A stretch of 32,000 nucleotides of DNA from NCBI GenBank assembly GCA_001430755.1, contig CP013062.1:180001-212000 (forward strand). The letters run 5' to 3'. The notes under the pieces are model-generated. The model was not told the origin of the DNA. It searched no databases and worked only from the letters and a program-made list of their open reading frames with translations. Shown here one piece after another: positions 16,899 through 24,716 of this stretch. A program made the translations under genes and the position numbers. This stretch comes from Candidatus Peribacter riflensis (lineage in GTDB: Bacteria > Patescibacteriota > Gracilibacteria > Peribacterales > Peribacteraceae). Position 1 is the stretch's first letter. Each line of letters starts with the position of its first letter.

Positions 16899-18581
16899 CT
16901 ACTTTACTCGCCCGGGGGCACCTACGGAAGTAGCTGATTGCTGTTCCGTAAGAAGAGATGCGAGTTTCGCTTTGTTCACCGCGTCGAACAGGGCACGGAC
17001 TGTCGTCTCTGTGACGTCGGTGCCTTGTGCGGTTCCCTGGCATTCCATTTTTCCGATGCGGATCGTGACGCCGGTTACGCTGCCACTGCGCTCTCCTTGC
17101 GTCTGATCCGATTCCTCCCACTGATCGATGAGCTGGAAGTCGAGTCCGGACTGTTCACGCAGGATGGCGGTTACAGCCTGGAGGACCCCTTGTTTTTCCT
17201 CCGAATGTCCCGTGAGCGTTTGCTCCCCGTTCCGGCCGCTTACGGTCAGATGTACTTCCCACTGACCATTCTTCGCTGCCCGCAGGAATTGTGTTCCTCC
17301 CGTGCTTTCAATTGGAACGCCCACGCCGAAATATTGGAAGAGCAGACTTCGGTATTCGTCGGGCGTGACGATGCGGCACTCCGTTCCGCGTTTCGTTTCC
17401 GCAAATGCTTTTGCAAATGCCGTGAACGGCACCAGATCTGTCTCGGGGATGTGATACCCCAGTTGCCGTGCGTAGACGTCAGCAACGCCTTTGCCCGACG
17501 TCGCGCCAAACTCAATGTTAAAATCATCGAATCCGACATCTTGTGGAACATTATCGCGGTACGCGCCGTTGCGGATGCCGATGCGGTCCTGCGCTGCGAC
17601 GTGGGTTCCCGTGCCCAGCGCATTGATCCCGGTACCAACGAATGGGGTGTTGCGGGGGACCGACACGCGGCTCAGTGCACTGACGATGCGGCTCAGTCGT
17701 ACCAGCATTTCCGCCCTGATGTGATCGAAATTCACCATCGGGAACCTGTCCTTTCGATAACGCGCCGTCATCACAGTCTCTGCAAGGGAGGCGTTGCCTG
17801 CTCTCTCGCCCAATCCGTTGACCGTGAGCTCTGCCTGCTTGAGAGCGTCGCCCATGCCTTTCAGGGCATACAACGTATTGGCCGTTGCCAGCCCGTGGTC
17901 GTCGTGATTGTGTGTGCTCTGCCGCATCCTGTGCTCCCGGATGGCGGGGATATTCTGGGAGAGGTAGGCCATGAGTTCTTCCATTTCCGTCGGCAGCGCT
18001 TGTCCGTAGGTATCTGGGATGTTGAACGTCGTGGCGCCCGCTTCTGCGGCACGTATCCCGATACGCGCGAGGAATTCCCGCGGAGTGTTCGTCGCATCCT
18101 CCGCGCTGTACTCCACATCCGGAACGTATCTCCGTGCCAGTTCAATGTGCGCGGCGATGTCATCCAGGTACTGTTCCTCTCCCATTCCATGGAAAACTTT
18201 ATCCAGGTGCTCGCGCGACGAAGCGCGATAAATGTGAATGCGGGGATGTTCGGCACGTTCCAGCGCTTTCGCAGATGCTTCCACGGATTCGCGTTTGCAG
18301 ATGGCAAGGGAACAGATGACCGGCCTGCGCACTTCTTGGGCGATGCGCGCGATGGATCGCTGATCGAATGTGCCGGAAAAGGCATTACCTGCCTCAATAA
18401 CGTCGACGCCGATATCTTCGAGGGAATGGGCGATGACAACTTTTTGATCTTCATCGAACAGAACACCAGCCTGATCACCGTCACGGAGCGTCGTGTCGAA
18501 GACGATGACCTGTTGTGGTTCTGTGATGGGGGATGATGCGGATTCCATGGGATGTTGAGAAAAGGGAACTACAAAAAACAT
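16899..18581 (-). CDS. 2-isopropylmalate / citramalate / homocitrate synthase family enzyme (alternative start ATG at 18548)
   Basis: 'VFDTTLRDGDQA', 'STHNHDDHGLATANTL' and a C-terminal LeuA-dimer-like region. No leuBCD genes nearby. Confidence 0.85.
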   Translation of the reverse strand: MFFVVPFSQHPMESASSPITEPQQVIVFDTTLRDGDQAGVLFDEDQKVVIAHSLEDIGVDVIEAGNAFSGTFDQRSIARIAQEVRRPVICSLAICKRESVEASAKALERAEHPRIHIYRASSREHLDKVFHGMGEEQYLDDIAAHIELARRYVPDVEYSAEDATNTPREFLARIGIRAAEAGATTFNIPDTYGQALPTEMEELMAYLSQNIPAIREHRMRQSTHNHDDHGLATANTLYALKGMGDALKQAELTVNGLGERAGNASLAETVMTARYRKDRFPMVNFDHIRAEMLVRLSRIVSALSRVSVPRNTPFVGTGINALGTGTHVAAQDRIGIRNGAYRDNVPQDVGFDDFNIEFGATSGKGVADVYARQLGYHIPETDLVPFTAFAKAFAETKRGTECRIVTPDEYRSLLFQYFGVGVPIESTGGTQFLRAAKNGQWEVHLTVSGRNGEQTLTGHSEEKQGVLQAVTAILREQSGLDFQLIDQWEESDQTQGERSGSVTGVTIRIGKMECQGTAQGTDVTETTVRALFDAVNKAKLASLLTEQQSATSVGAPGRVK

Positions 18582-18587
18582 TGCCTC

Positions 18588-18613
18588 GGCACGTCTGACA
18601 TGTCAGACGTGCC
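18588..18613. promoter_or_regulatory. perfect 26-bp palindrome upstream of the synthase gene
   Basis: GGCACGTCTGACA|TGTCAGACGTGCC has 13-bp perfect arms. It lies 7 nt upstream of ATG 18581 and 40 nt upstream of ATG 18548. Confidence 0.5.
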
Positions 18614-18736
18614 TCCGCTCGGAAGGGAGGCTCGTGCTGTTATTCCATTTTCATTCACGCACGCAGCCTGCCTTCCGCCGTAAGGAGGAGGAGAGCCAGG
18701 CCGAGGAAAAGGTTCCTCGAGTGCATGTGCGGGCCA

Positions 18737-19654
18737 TCATAGTCTGGTTCGGTCTTTTGTCAATATGTGCGGATCAGCGTCCTGTTCGTTCCCAGCGAGG
18801 AGCGGGAAATTCTGCTTTGGCTGTGGGAGATCAAGCGATTGCATTATTTCTTCGCCGGGGATGCCGTGCTTCGCCTGCACCAGGAATTTGGAAACGGGAT
18901 TGTTGTACTTCGGTTCTGCAAACGCCGAAATACCGAAACGGGGGATGATGCGCATAGTCACCTTCGATCCGTACTTGCGTGCGAAGGAAGCCAGGCTCCC
19001 GTGCCAGAGCGTCTGTTTCTGATCATCGAAGATGAGAAAGCAGTTTTCCCGCAGTTTGCACGCGCTCATCTGGTGCCATCCCTGATCGAAACGGAGTGCA
19101 GGATCCTCCGGCCAGATCGAGAGGAGGTACATCGGGTAGCCGAGCCGCTCGAGTTTTTGGCAGGTGATATTCGCATGGTCATTGCAGTCGAGTGCCGTGG
19201 GTTCGCTGCGGTCCACCTCCTCTTCTGTCATCCGGTAATCCCGTACGTACCGCACAGAAGCCCGAATATCATCTTTGATTTCCACTGCGGTATCCGAGGG
19301 GCTCGTGCAGAGCTTCTTGCACGTGGACCACACCTTTCCCGCCGCAACCTTCGTCATGCTCCATGGTGCAATGCCGGGATCCGGAGGAAACTCCTCGTCC
19401 GGTGGAGCGAAGCGCTCTTCCAGATCGAGAGTGCCCAATGCCGCACGGCAATCGTAGAGCACTGTATCGATACTGCCTGCCTGCACGCGGGCGGGCGCGT
19501 GATCCGGCGATGGTTGTTTGTCGGCAGCGAGTTCACACAGACCTCCCAGCAGCACGCCGGCGAATGCAATGCGTCGCAGGATCGAAATGTGCGCAATGGA
19601 GGACCGGTGCGGACGCCGGGGGCGATGCTGCACGGGAGCGTGAAGCTTCTCCAT
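18737..19654 (-). CDS. membrane-anchored protein with a transglutaminase-like (BTLCP-like) Cys-His-Asp core
   Basis: 305 aa. N-terminal hydrophobic anchor 'IAFAGVLLGGLCELAA'. 'LDCNDHANITCQKLERLGYPMYLLSIW...QGWHQMSACKL...CFLIFDD' resembles the 'GDCEDYA...G.P...H.V......LDN' pattern. Confidence 0.5.
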   Translation of the reverse strand: MEKLHAPVQHRPRRPHRSSIAHISILRRIAFAGVLLGGLCELAADKQPSPDHAPARVQAGSIDTVLYDCRAALGTLDLEERFAPPDEEFPPDPGIAPWSMTKVAAGKVWSTCKKLCTSPSDTAVEIKDDIRASVRYVRDYRMTEEEVDRSEPTALDCNDHANITCQKLERLGYPMYLLSIWPEDPALRFDQGWHQMSACKLRENCFLIFDDQKQTLWHGSLASFARKYGSKVTMRIIPRFGISAFAEPKYNNPVSKFLVQAKHGIPGEEIMQSLDLPQPKQNFPLLAGNEQDADPHILTKDRTRL

Positions 19655-19754
19655 TGCGGCGAGGGTACGCTCCTCACGCTTGCGAGAACAACGACCCTCA
19701 CTTCACCGCGAAGAATAGGGCATCTTCTTGGATGTTGTGCTTTCCCAAGTGCCA

Positions 19755-19775
19755 CCTCACCCTACCCTCTCCCCC
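19755..19775. repeat. CCCTMA-type motif copy in the purM-downstream spacer
   Basis: 'cctcaccctaccctctccccc'. It is followed by a 7-bp stem, CCTCTCC...GGAGAGG. Confidence 0.5.
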
Positions 19776-19848
19776 GTTGGTGGAGAGGAGAGATGGAAAC
19801 GTATTGAATGAGTGGGAGCCCTCAAGAGCTTCGAGGTCCATGATGTTG

Positions 19849-20919
19849 TTATATTTTAAATGAGAGCGTCTTCCCGTCGAATGCGGTGAGTTCAATCGTG
19901 GGCTCCTTCGTCACCGTTCCCGCACGCTTCGCCTGCAGACCGTTCTTCGTAAGCAGATCGATCGCCTTTGCCGCGTACTGTTCCTCCACGATCGCCAGCA
20001 TGCCGCTGCCCATGTGCCACGTGCGGTACGCCTCCTCTGTGGTAACAGAGCCGGTCTTGATGACATCCAGCAGCGCTTCGTGCGGAGCCCAGAGATCGGT
20101 GAGCGCCGCTCCGTACCCGGATTTTTTCAGTACCCGCTTCAGCTTACTGGGAATGCCGCCGCCCGTGATGTGCGCCAGCCCCTTCACCGGTACCTTCATC
20201 GGTTCACCGAAACGCCCGATCAATTCCAGGATCGCGGCGGAGTAGATGATGCTTGGAGTCAGCAGGATCTCTCCCCATGTGGTGCCGTTCTTCCACTCCT
20301 TCCTGAACCATTCTTTACCGTGGGCATCGGCGAGGATTTTTCGGAGGAGCGAGAAGCCGTTCGATCGCGCGACAGCATCTTTGAGGGCGATGATCGCGTC
20401 GCCCGGCTTGATCGTTTCGGGCTTCAAGACGCGGTCCTTGGCGACGATCCCCACGACGGTGGCGCTCCACACGCCCCGCGTCACGGCTCCGGGCACTTCG
20501 GCGATTTCGCCGGCGGGCACGACGATCTTCTGCGCGGCACACGCTTTGGCCAGACCGCCCATCAGCTGGTCGATCATCGTTGCGTCGATCTTCGGCACGT
20601 CGATGGTGTTGGAGATGGCGAGGGATTCCGCGCCCGTGCACACGGCGTCATCGGCCACCATTGCGGCGAGGTCAAAACCCAGCGTGTCCAATGTTCCCAC
20701 GTCGAAGGCGAGGTCGATCTTGGAACCGGTAGAGTCGTCACTGATGACGAGGTAGTGATCTCCCATATCCAGAAACCCCCCGTAGCCATCTTTCTCCTCC
20801 ACGGGAGCCCCGATCATGTTTTTGCGCGATGCGAAGGTCGAAACGGCGTGTGCGTAGGCGCAGGCAGAGGCGCGGTCCCCCTCGCGGATGTCCACGCCGG
20901 CGTCGCGGTAGGTGGTCAT
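19849..20919 (-). CDS. purM: phosphoribosylformylglycinamidine cyclo-ligase (AIR synthase)
   Basis: 356 aa. N-terminal 'TYRDAGVDI'. Shows the AIR-synthase-family pattern 'DDSTGSKIDLA...GFDLAAMVADDAV'. Confidence 0.9.
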   Translation of the reverse strand: MTTYRDAGVDIREGDRASACAYAHAVSTFASRKNMIGAPVEEKDGYGGFLDMGDHYLVISDDSTGSKIDLAFDVGTLDTLGFDLAAMVADDAVCTGAESLAISNTIDVPKIDATMIDQLMGGLAKACAAQKIVVPAGEIAEVPGAVTRGVWSATVVGIVAKDRVLKPETIKPGDAIIALKDAVARSNGFSLLRKILADAHGKEWFRKEWKNGTTWGEILLTPSIIYSAAILELIGRFGEPMKVPVKGLAHITGGGIPSKLKRVLKKSGYGAALTDLWAPHEALLDVIKTGSVTTEEAYRTWHMGSGMLAIVEEQYAAKAIDLLTKNGLQAKRAGTVTKEPTIELTAFDGKTLSFKI

Positions 20920-20969
20920 AGTCGGCTCACAGCATAGCCGAAGACGGTCCGGGAAGGTACGATGTTCGC

Positions 20970-21413
20970 ATGCAAAATACCCGCAGCCTTCGGGCGGTCC
21001 TCTTCATCGCCTGTGCCATCAATCTTTCTTTCGCCTCCCTCTTCTTCTTTTCACCGTCGCTCGTGGAACGGCTCTACGGAATACCGCTTGCCGACCCGTT
21101 GCACTACTACTTCTCACTGCAGCATGGAGCCTTGTTCTTCGTGCTTGCCGCACTCGCACTGTTGGCTTTTCTTCGCCCCGAAGGATTCCGCCTGCTTTCG
21201 CTCGCGCTCCTGTTGCACTTTTTCGCACTCTTCGTTGCCGATGTCGTGTTGCTTGCACGAGAGATGATGCCGTTCACCACACTGCTGCCGGAGATGGTGT
21301 ACTTCGTGCTGATGAGCGGTGCACTCATCCGTTTCATGTCATTCTCTTCCTCTCCTCCAGTACCACAGAAGGTCAGCGCAGAGAGTCCTACGAGTGAATC
21401 GCCGTTATCTTGA
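20970..21413 (+). CDS. hypothetical 4-TM membrane protein
   Basis: 147 aa with hydrophobic helices. TACGAT lies exactly 6 nt upstream of the ATG (a possible leaderless -10). Confidence 0.6.
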   Translation: MQNTRSLRAVLFIACAINLSFASLFFFSPSLVERLYGIPLADPLHYYFSLQHGALFFVLAALALLAFLRPEGFRLLSLALLLHFFALFVADVVLLAREMMPFTTLLPEMVYFVLMSGALIRFMSFSSSPPVPQKVSAESPTSESPLS

Positions 21414-22173
21414 TTGTGCGTTTCTCGGGGGGTTCGCTGCCCGGAGGGGATTCCTCCGGTGTCTTCGTGAGGATCTCGTGCTTGGCGGCAGGGGGCGGTG
21501 CGGAGGGGTAGCCGCCCGTGGCGTCCTGCACGACTTTTCCGTCTTTCAGCTGTACCACGCGCGTCTGCAGCGAATCGACCAGGTGGCTGTCGTGCGTGGC
21601 GAGCACGACGGTCGTTCCGGCCTGATGGAGCTGCTGGAAAATCCGGAGGATCTGCAGGGACTGTTCGGGGTCCAGATCGCCGGTCGGTTCGTCGGCGAGC
21701 AGGATCATGGGCTCGTGGATGATGGCCCGCGCGATGGCGGTACGGGCGCGCTCGCCGCCCGACAGAGCTGCAGGCAGTGTATTGGCCAGGGCGGAAAGAC
21801 CCAGAAGCTGCAGCACGTCGCCGGTGCGCTCGCGGATTGCGGCGTCGCTCCACCCGCTGGCTTCGAGCGGGAAGGCCGCGTTCTCGGCGACGGTGCGGTG
21901 GGGGATGAGGCGTTCATCCTGAAAAATGAATCCCACTCTGCGCCGGTAGAGTTGGAGCACCGGCGGCGGGACGCCGCGCAGATCGGCTCCATCCACTTCT
22001 ATCCCACCCGTGGTGACCCGTTCCGCGCCGATGAGCAATTTGAGCAGTGTTGATTTACCCGCGCCGCTCGGGCCCACGATGCAGACGAACTCGCCTGGGT
22101 TGATCGTGAGTGAAACCGCATCCAGCACGGTCTTCTTCCCGAAGGTTTTCGTCACTTCCCGAAGGACGATCAT
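21388..22173 (-). CDS. ftsE: FtsE-like ABC ATPase with a Pro/Glu-rich C-terminal tail
   Basis: The ATG at 22173 gives 'MIVLREVTKTFG...'. Walker A 'GPSGAGKST', signature 'LSGGERARTAIARA' and Walker B 'ILLADEPTGDLD'. No adjacent FtsX-like permease gene. Confidence 0.8.
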   Translation of the reverse strand: MIVLREVTKTFGKKTVLDAVSLTINPGEFVCIVGPSGAGKSTLLKLLIGAERVTTGGIEVDGADLRGVPPPVLQLYRRRVGFIFQDERLIPHRTVAENAAFPLEASGWSDAAIRERTGDVLQLLGLSALANTLPAALSGGERARTAIARAIIHEPMILLADEPTGDLDPEQSLQILRIFQQLHQAGTTVVLATHDSHLVDSLQTRVVQLKDGKVVQDATGGYPSAPPPAAKHEILTKTPEESPPGSEPPEKRTIKITAIHS

Positions 22174-22246
22174 GGAGGCCAGTATACAGGACTTATTGAT
22201 CGGCCAGAGTTTCACTTATTCGGAAAAATATTCGAAACAGAAAATT

Positions 22247-22380
22247 TGTCACACTGAGCCATGCCTGCCGGGCGTAGCCTCGGCGAAGCCTGGTCGAAGT
22301 GCGGCAAATTTGTGAGGGTCATGGTTCGACCCAGCCTTCGCTTGCGAGCTACGGCGAGGCAGGCAGAGCTCACCATGACA
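22247..22380. repeat. 134-bp imperfect inverted repeat (REP/MITE-like) between rlmE and ftsE
   Basis: The left arm (22247-22298) and the reverse complement of the right arm (22325-22380) share ordered blocks TGTCA/TGAGC/TGCCTGCC/CGTAGC/GCGAAG/CTGG/TCGAA, about 75% identity by eye. 'aaatttgt' is repeated at the left edge and in the loop. Confidence 0.7.
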
Positions 22381-22394
22381 TATCGCATGTATTC

Positions 22395-22988
22395 TTAAGG
22401 CTTCTTCATCACCAGATACACCTCTTTGCTGCGGTCGCGGCTGGCACGCGGCGAGGCGATCTTCACGTCGCGCCACTGCGCCTTCACTTCGCGCAGGAAG
22501 GCATCGAAGTCCGCTCCCCGAAAAACTTTGACCACACAGTATCCTCCGGATTTCAGCCACCGCTCCGCTGTAGCCAGCACGGCCTGATTGAGTTCGATGC
22601 TCCGCCACTGATCCACATCGCGAATGCCGCTCGTGGAGGGGGCGATATCCGAGAGCACGAGGTCGATTGCGGGCAGGTGTTGTGCTTCGAGCAGCGCATC
22701 CAGCTCCTCCAGGTGCGTGATGTCCTGTTCGTGCGTCCGCACATTGTCCGCAATGGGGGCGATGGGTTTCACATCAAGGCCGATGGCGAGCCCCTTGGAT
22801 CCGATGCGCTTGCTCACGTACTGCAGCCAGCTGCCCGGAGCGGCGGCGAGATCGAGCACCGTCTGTCCCGCTTTGAGCAGGTGAAACCGTTCGTCCAATT
22901 CCATGAGCTTGTAGACCGAGCGGGCGCGGTAGCCTTCTTTGGCTGCTTTCCGGCTCCAGGCGTCATTGGGTGTGTAGGGCTTGGGCAT
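22395..22988 (-). CDS. rlmE: 23S rRNA 2'-O-ribose methyltransferase RlmE/FtsJ
   Basis: 197 aa. 'RARSVYKLMELDERFHLLKAGQTVLDLAAAPGSWLQY' and 'VLSDIAP'. Confidence 0.9.
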   Translation of the reverse strand: MPKPYTPNDAWSRKAAKEGYRARSVYKLMELDERFHLLKAGQTVLDLAAAPGSWLQYVSKRIGSKGLAIGLDVKPIAPIADNVRTHEQDITHLEELDALLEAQHLPAIDLVLSDIAPSTSGIRDVDQWRSIELNQAVLATAERWLKSGGYCVVKVFRGADFDAFLREVKAQWRDVKIASPRASRDRSKEVYLVMKKP

Positions 22989-23012
22989 GCCAAAATTCTA
23001 GCAGAGTCATTA

Positions 23013-23040
23013 TTGACAGAGAGAGTGATATGTTTAGAGT
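23013..23040 (+). promoter_or_regulatory. sigma70-like promoter positioned for a leaderless transcript
   Basis: TTGACA (23013-23018), a 16-nt spacer, TAGAGT (23035-23040), then 6 nt to the ATG at 23047. Confidence 0.5.
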
Positions 23041-23046
23041 ACAACT

Positions 23047-23238
23047 ATGAAGGACGAACCCAATGAAATCGCCGGCAAGTCATTCGAAGAGCTCGTGCGT
23101 GGTCCGGATGGCCGCATCCTCGCCGCTGCCTTCCATGATGGCAAAAAGAAACGATCTCAGGATGGCTTGGGTGTGCCCGGGCTACGCAAGAAATTCGGGC
23201 AGGTCCTTGAGCCGGCGGAAGGCGAAGGCGAGGGGTGA
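23047..23238 (+). CDS. 63-aa hypothetical protein, probably leaderless
   Basis: It exactly fills the gap between rlmE and rsmG. Third codon positions are GC-rich, as in neighbouring genes. A promoter ends 6 nt before its ATG. Confidence 0.5.
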   Translation: MKDEPNEIAGKSFEELVRGPDGRILAAAFHDGKKKRSQDGLGVPGLRKKFGQVLEPAEGEGEG

Positions 23239-23245
23239 ATTTCTG

Positions 23246-24001
23246 TTAGAGGAGTGGTGTTTTCTTCGGTTCCCCGACGGCCCGCGGATACTTCTTGCTC
23301 GTCTTTGCCCGTTTCCTGAAGACTAAGATCTGGCGCTTGCCCCAGGCGCTGCCCAAGTCGTATGCGTAGGGCTGTTCGATCTGACAACTGAGCTCCGAGC
23401 GGGCGAGGAGAGAATCGTGCAACTCCTGGTCAATGGTGAGGCTCTTCCAGCAGAGGATCGTCCCGCCCACGTTCACGAAGGGCGCTGCCAGTTCCAGCAG
23501 CACATTGAGCTCGGCGAGCGCGCGTACGAGTACAACGTCATACTGTTCGCGCTGCGCGCTCTCGCGGGCGAGTTCCTCCGACCGGCCGCAGATCAGGCTG
23601 ACATTCGGGATCTGCAAGGCATCAATGATGCGCTGCACGGCGGCGATTTTTTTCTGCGTGGCATCCATCCCTACGAAAGAGCACTGCGGCAGACAGAGGG
23701 CGAGTGGCAGCAGCGGAAAGCCCCCGCCGGTGCCGAGATCGAGGATGCTCGGAGCAGGGTGAGGGTGAGGGTTAGGGTTAGGGTGAGGGTGAGGGTTAGG
23801 GTTAGGGTTAGGGCTAGGGGAGAGTGTACGCAATGGCTCCGTTTCCAGTGCGGCAAGCGAATCCAGAATATTTCCCGTCCAGCAGGCCTCGGGTGTACGG
23901 AAGGCCGAGAGATTGAGTTTCGCGTTCTCCTGGAGGAAGGCGTCGCGGAGCGCTTCCAGCCGACTGTGCATCTCTTCTGCAATCATGAGATTTGAGGGCA
24001 T
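23246..24001 (-). CDS. rsmG: 16S rRNA m7G methyltransferase RsmG (GidB) with a Pro-Asn/Pro-His repeat insertion
   Basis: 251 aa. 'ILDLGTGGGFPLLPLAL' SAM motif and 'VVLVRALA'. The insert 'SPSPNPNPNPHPHPNPNPHPHPAPS' sits immediately N-terminal of the SAM motif. Confidence 0.9.
   Translation of the reverse strand: MPSNLMIAEEMHSRLEALRDAFLQENAKLNLSAFRTPEACWTGNILDSLAALETEPLRTLSPSPNPNPNPHPHPNPNPHPHPAPSILDLGTGGGFPLLPLALCLPQCSFVGMDATQKKIAAVQRIIDALQIPNVSLICGRSEELARESAQREQYDVVLVRALAELNVLLELAAPFVNVGGTILCWKSLTIDQELHDSLLARSELSCQIEQPYAYDLGSAWGKRQILVFRKRAKTSKKYPRAVGEPKKTPLL
23757..23820. repeat. 10 tandem GGGTKA hexamers (TTAGGG/TGAGGG, telomere-like) plus a terminal GGGG, inside rsmG
   Basis: Direct reading gives GGGTGA x2, GGGTTA x2, GGGTGA x2, GGGTTA x3, GGGCTA, GGGG. 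That is eleven G-tracts on the plus strand, which is the template strand of rsmG. Confidence 0.95.
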
Positions 24002-24044
24002 CGGGCGAACATGGTAGCGTCAGGATACACTTCCCCCTCCTGCC

Positions 24045-24677
24045 TTGCCCCACGGACAGCGCATCGCGGAACTCCTGCTCAACATCGGTGCCGTCAAACT
24101 CTCGGTCGATCCTCCGTTCACCTGGGTCAGTGGCATCAAGTCGCCGGTCTACTGCGACAACCGCATGCTCTACAGCCACCCTGATGCGCGCAAGTTCATC
24201 GTGGATGCGTTCGTCTCGCGCGTGGCATCTCTCTCCGTCCCGCCGGATTGCATCGCGGGAACGGCCACGGCGGCCATCGGCTGGGCGGCGCTCGTGGCCG
24301 ACCGGCTGCATCTGCCCTTCATCTATGTCCGTGCCAAGGCCAAGGATCACGGCACCAAGAAGCTCATCGAAGGGGATCTGAAACCCGAAAAACACGTGGT
24401 GCTCATCGAGGATCTGCTCAGTACGGGCGGCAGCGCCGTCGCCTCCGTCGAGGCGCTGCGCAATGAGGGCAAGGCCACGGTTTCGGATGTCGTGGCCATC
24501 TTCAGCTACGAGCTTCTCGCCGGCATCGAAAAGGCGCAAATCGCGCAGGTGCATCTGCATCCGCTCTCCACATTCTCGATCCTGCTCGATGTCGCGAGTG
24601 AGCAGGGCAGGATCACGGAGGAACATATCGAGACCGCACGTCGGTTCATTCGGGATCCGGAAAATTGGATGTCATGA
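24045..24677 (+). CDS. pyrE: orotate phosphoribosyltransferase
   Basis: 210 aa with a TTG start. 'PFTWVSGIKSPVYCDNR' and the PRPP motif 'VVLIEDLLSTGGS'. Confidence 0.9.
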   Translation: MPHGQRIAELLLNIGAVKLSVDPPFTWVSGIKSPVYCDNRMLYSHPDARKFIVDAFVSRVASLSVPPDCIAGTATAAIGWAALVADRLHLPFIYVRAKAKDHGTKKLIEGDLKPEKHVVLIEDLLSTGGSAVASVEALRNEGKATVSDVVAIFSYELLAGIEKAQIAQVHLHPLSTFSILLDVASEQGRITEEHIETARRFIRDPENWMS

Positions 24678-24716
24678 ATAATTGACATCCGCTCCCCGTT
24701 CCCGTTGAATAGCTCT

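Noticed and set aside
15806-18536. 375-aa and 532-aa plus-strand ORFs opposite the VIT1, small-membrane and synthase genes
   Set aside because: Shadow ORFs. The minus-strand frames carry clear family motifs ([15 protein letters not shown]; TTLRDGDQ).
18573-18613. The 26-bp palindrome plus T6 considered as an intrinsic terminator of the upstream minus-strand gene
   Set aside because: The U-run begins 9 nt after the stem and overlaps the first ATG of the next ORF. The geometry is poor for rho-independent termination, so I keep it as a regulatory palindrome instead.
22313-22340. 'GGGTCATGGTTCGACCC' resembling a tRNA T-arm
   Set aside because: The 7-nt loop reads ATGGTTC, not TTCRANN. No acceptor, D or anticodon arms can be built. 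It is the loop/arm junction of the 134-bp inverted repeat.
23757-23820. Hexamer array considered as a CRISPR array or a real telomere
   Set aside because: The period is 6 nt with no spacers, so it is not CRISPR. It is internal to an intact rsmG reading frame with genes on both sides, so it is not a chromosome end. I treat it as a microsatellite.
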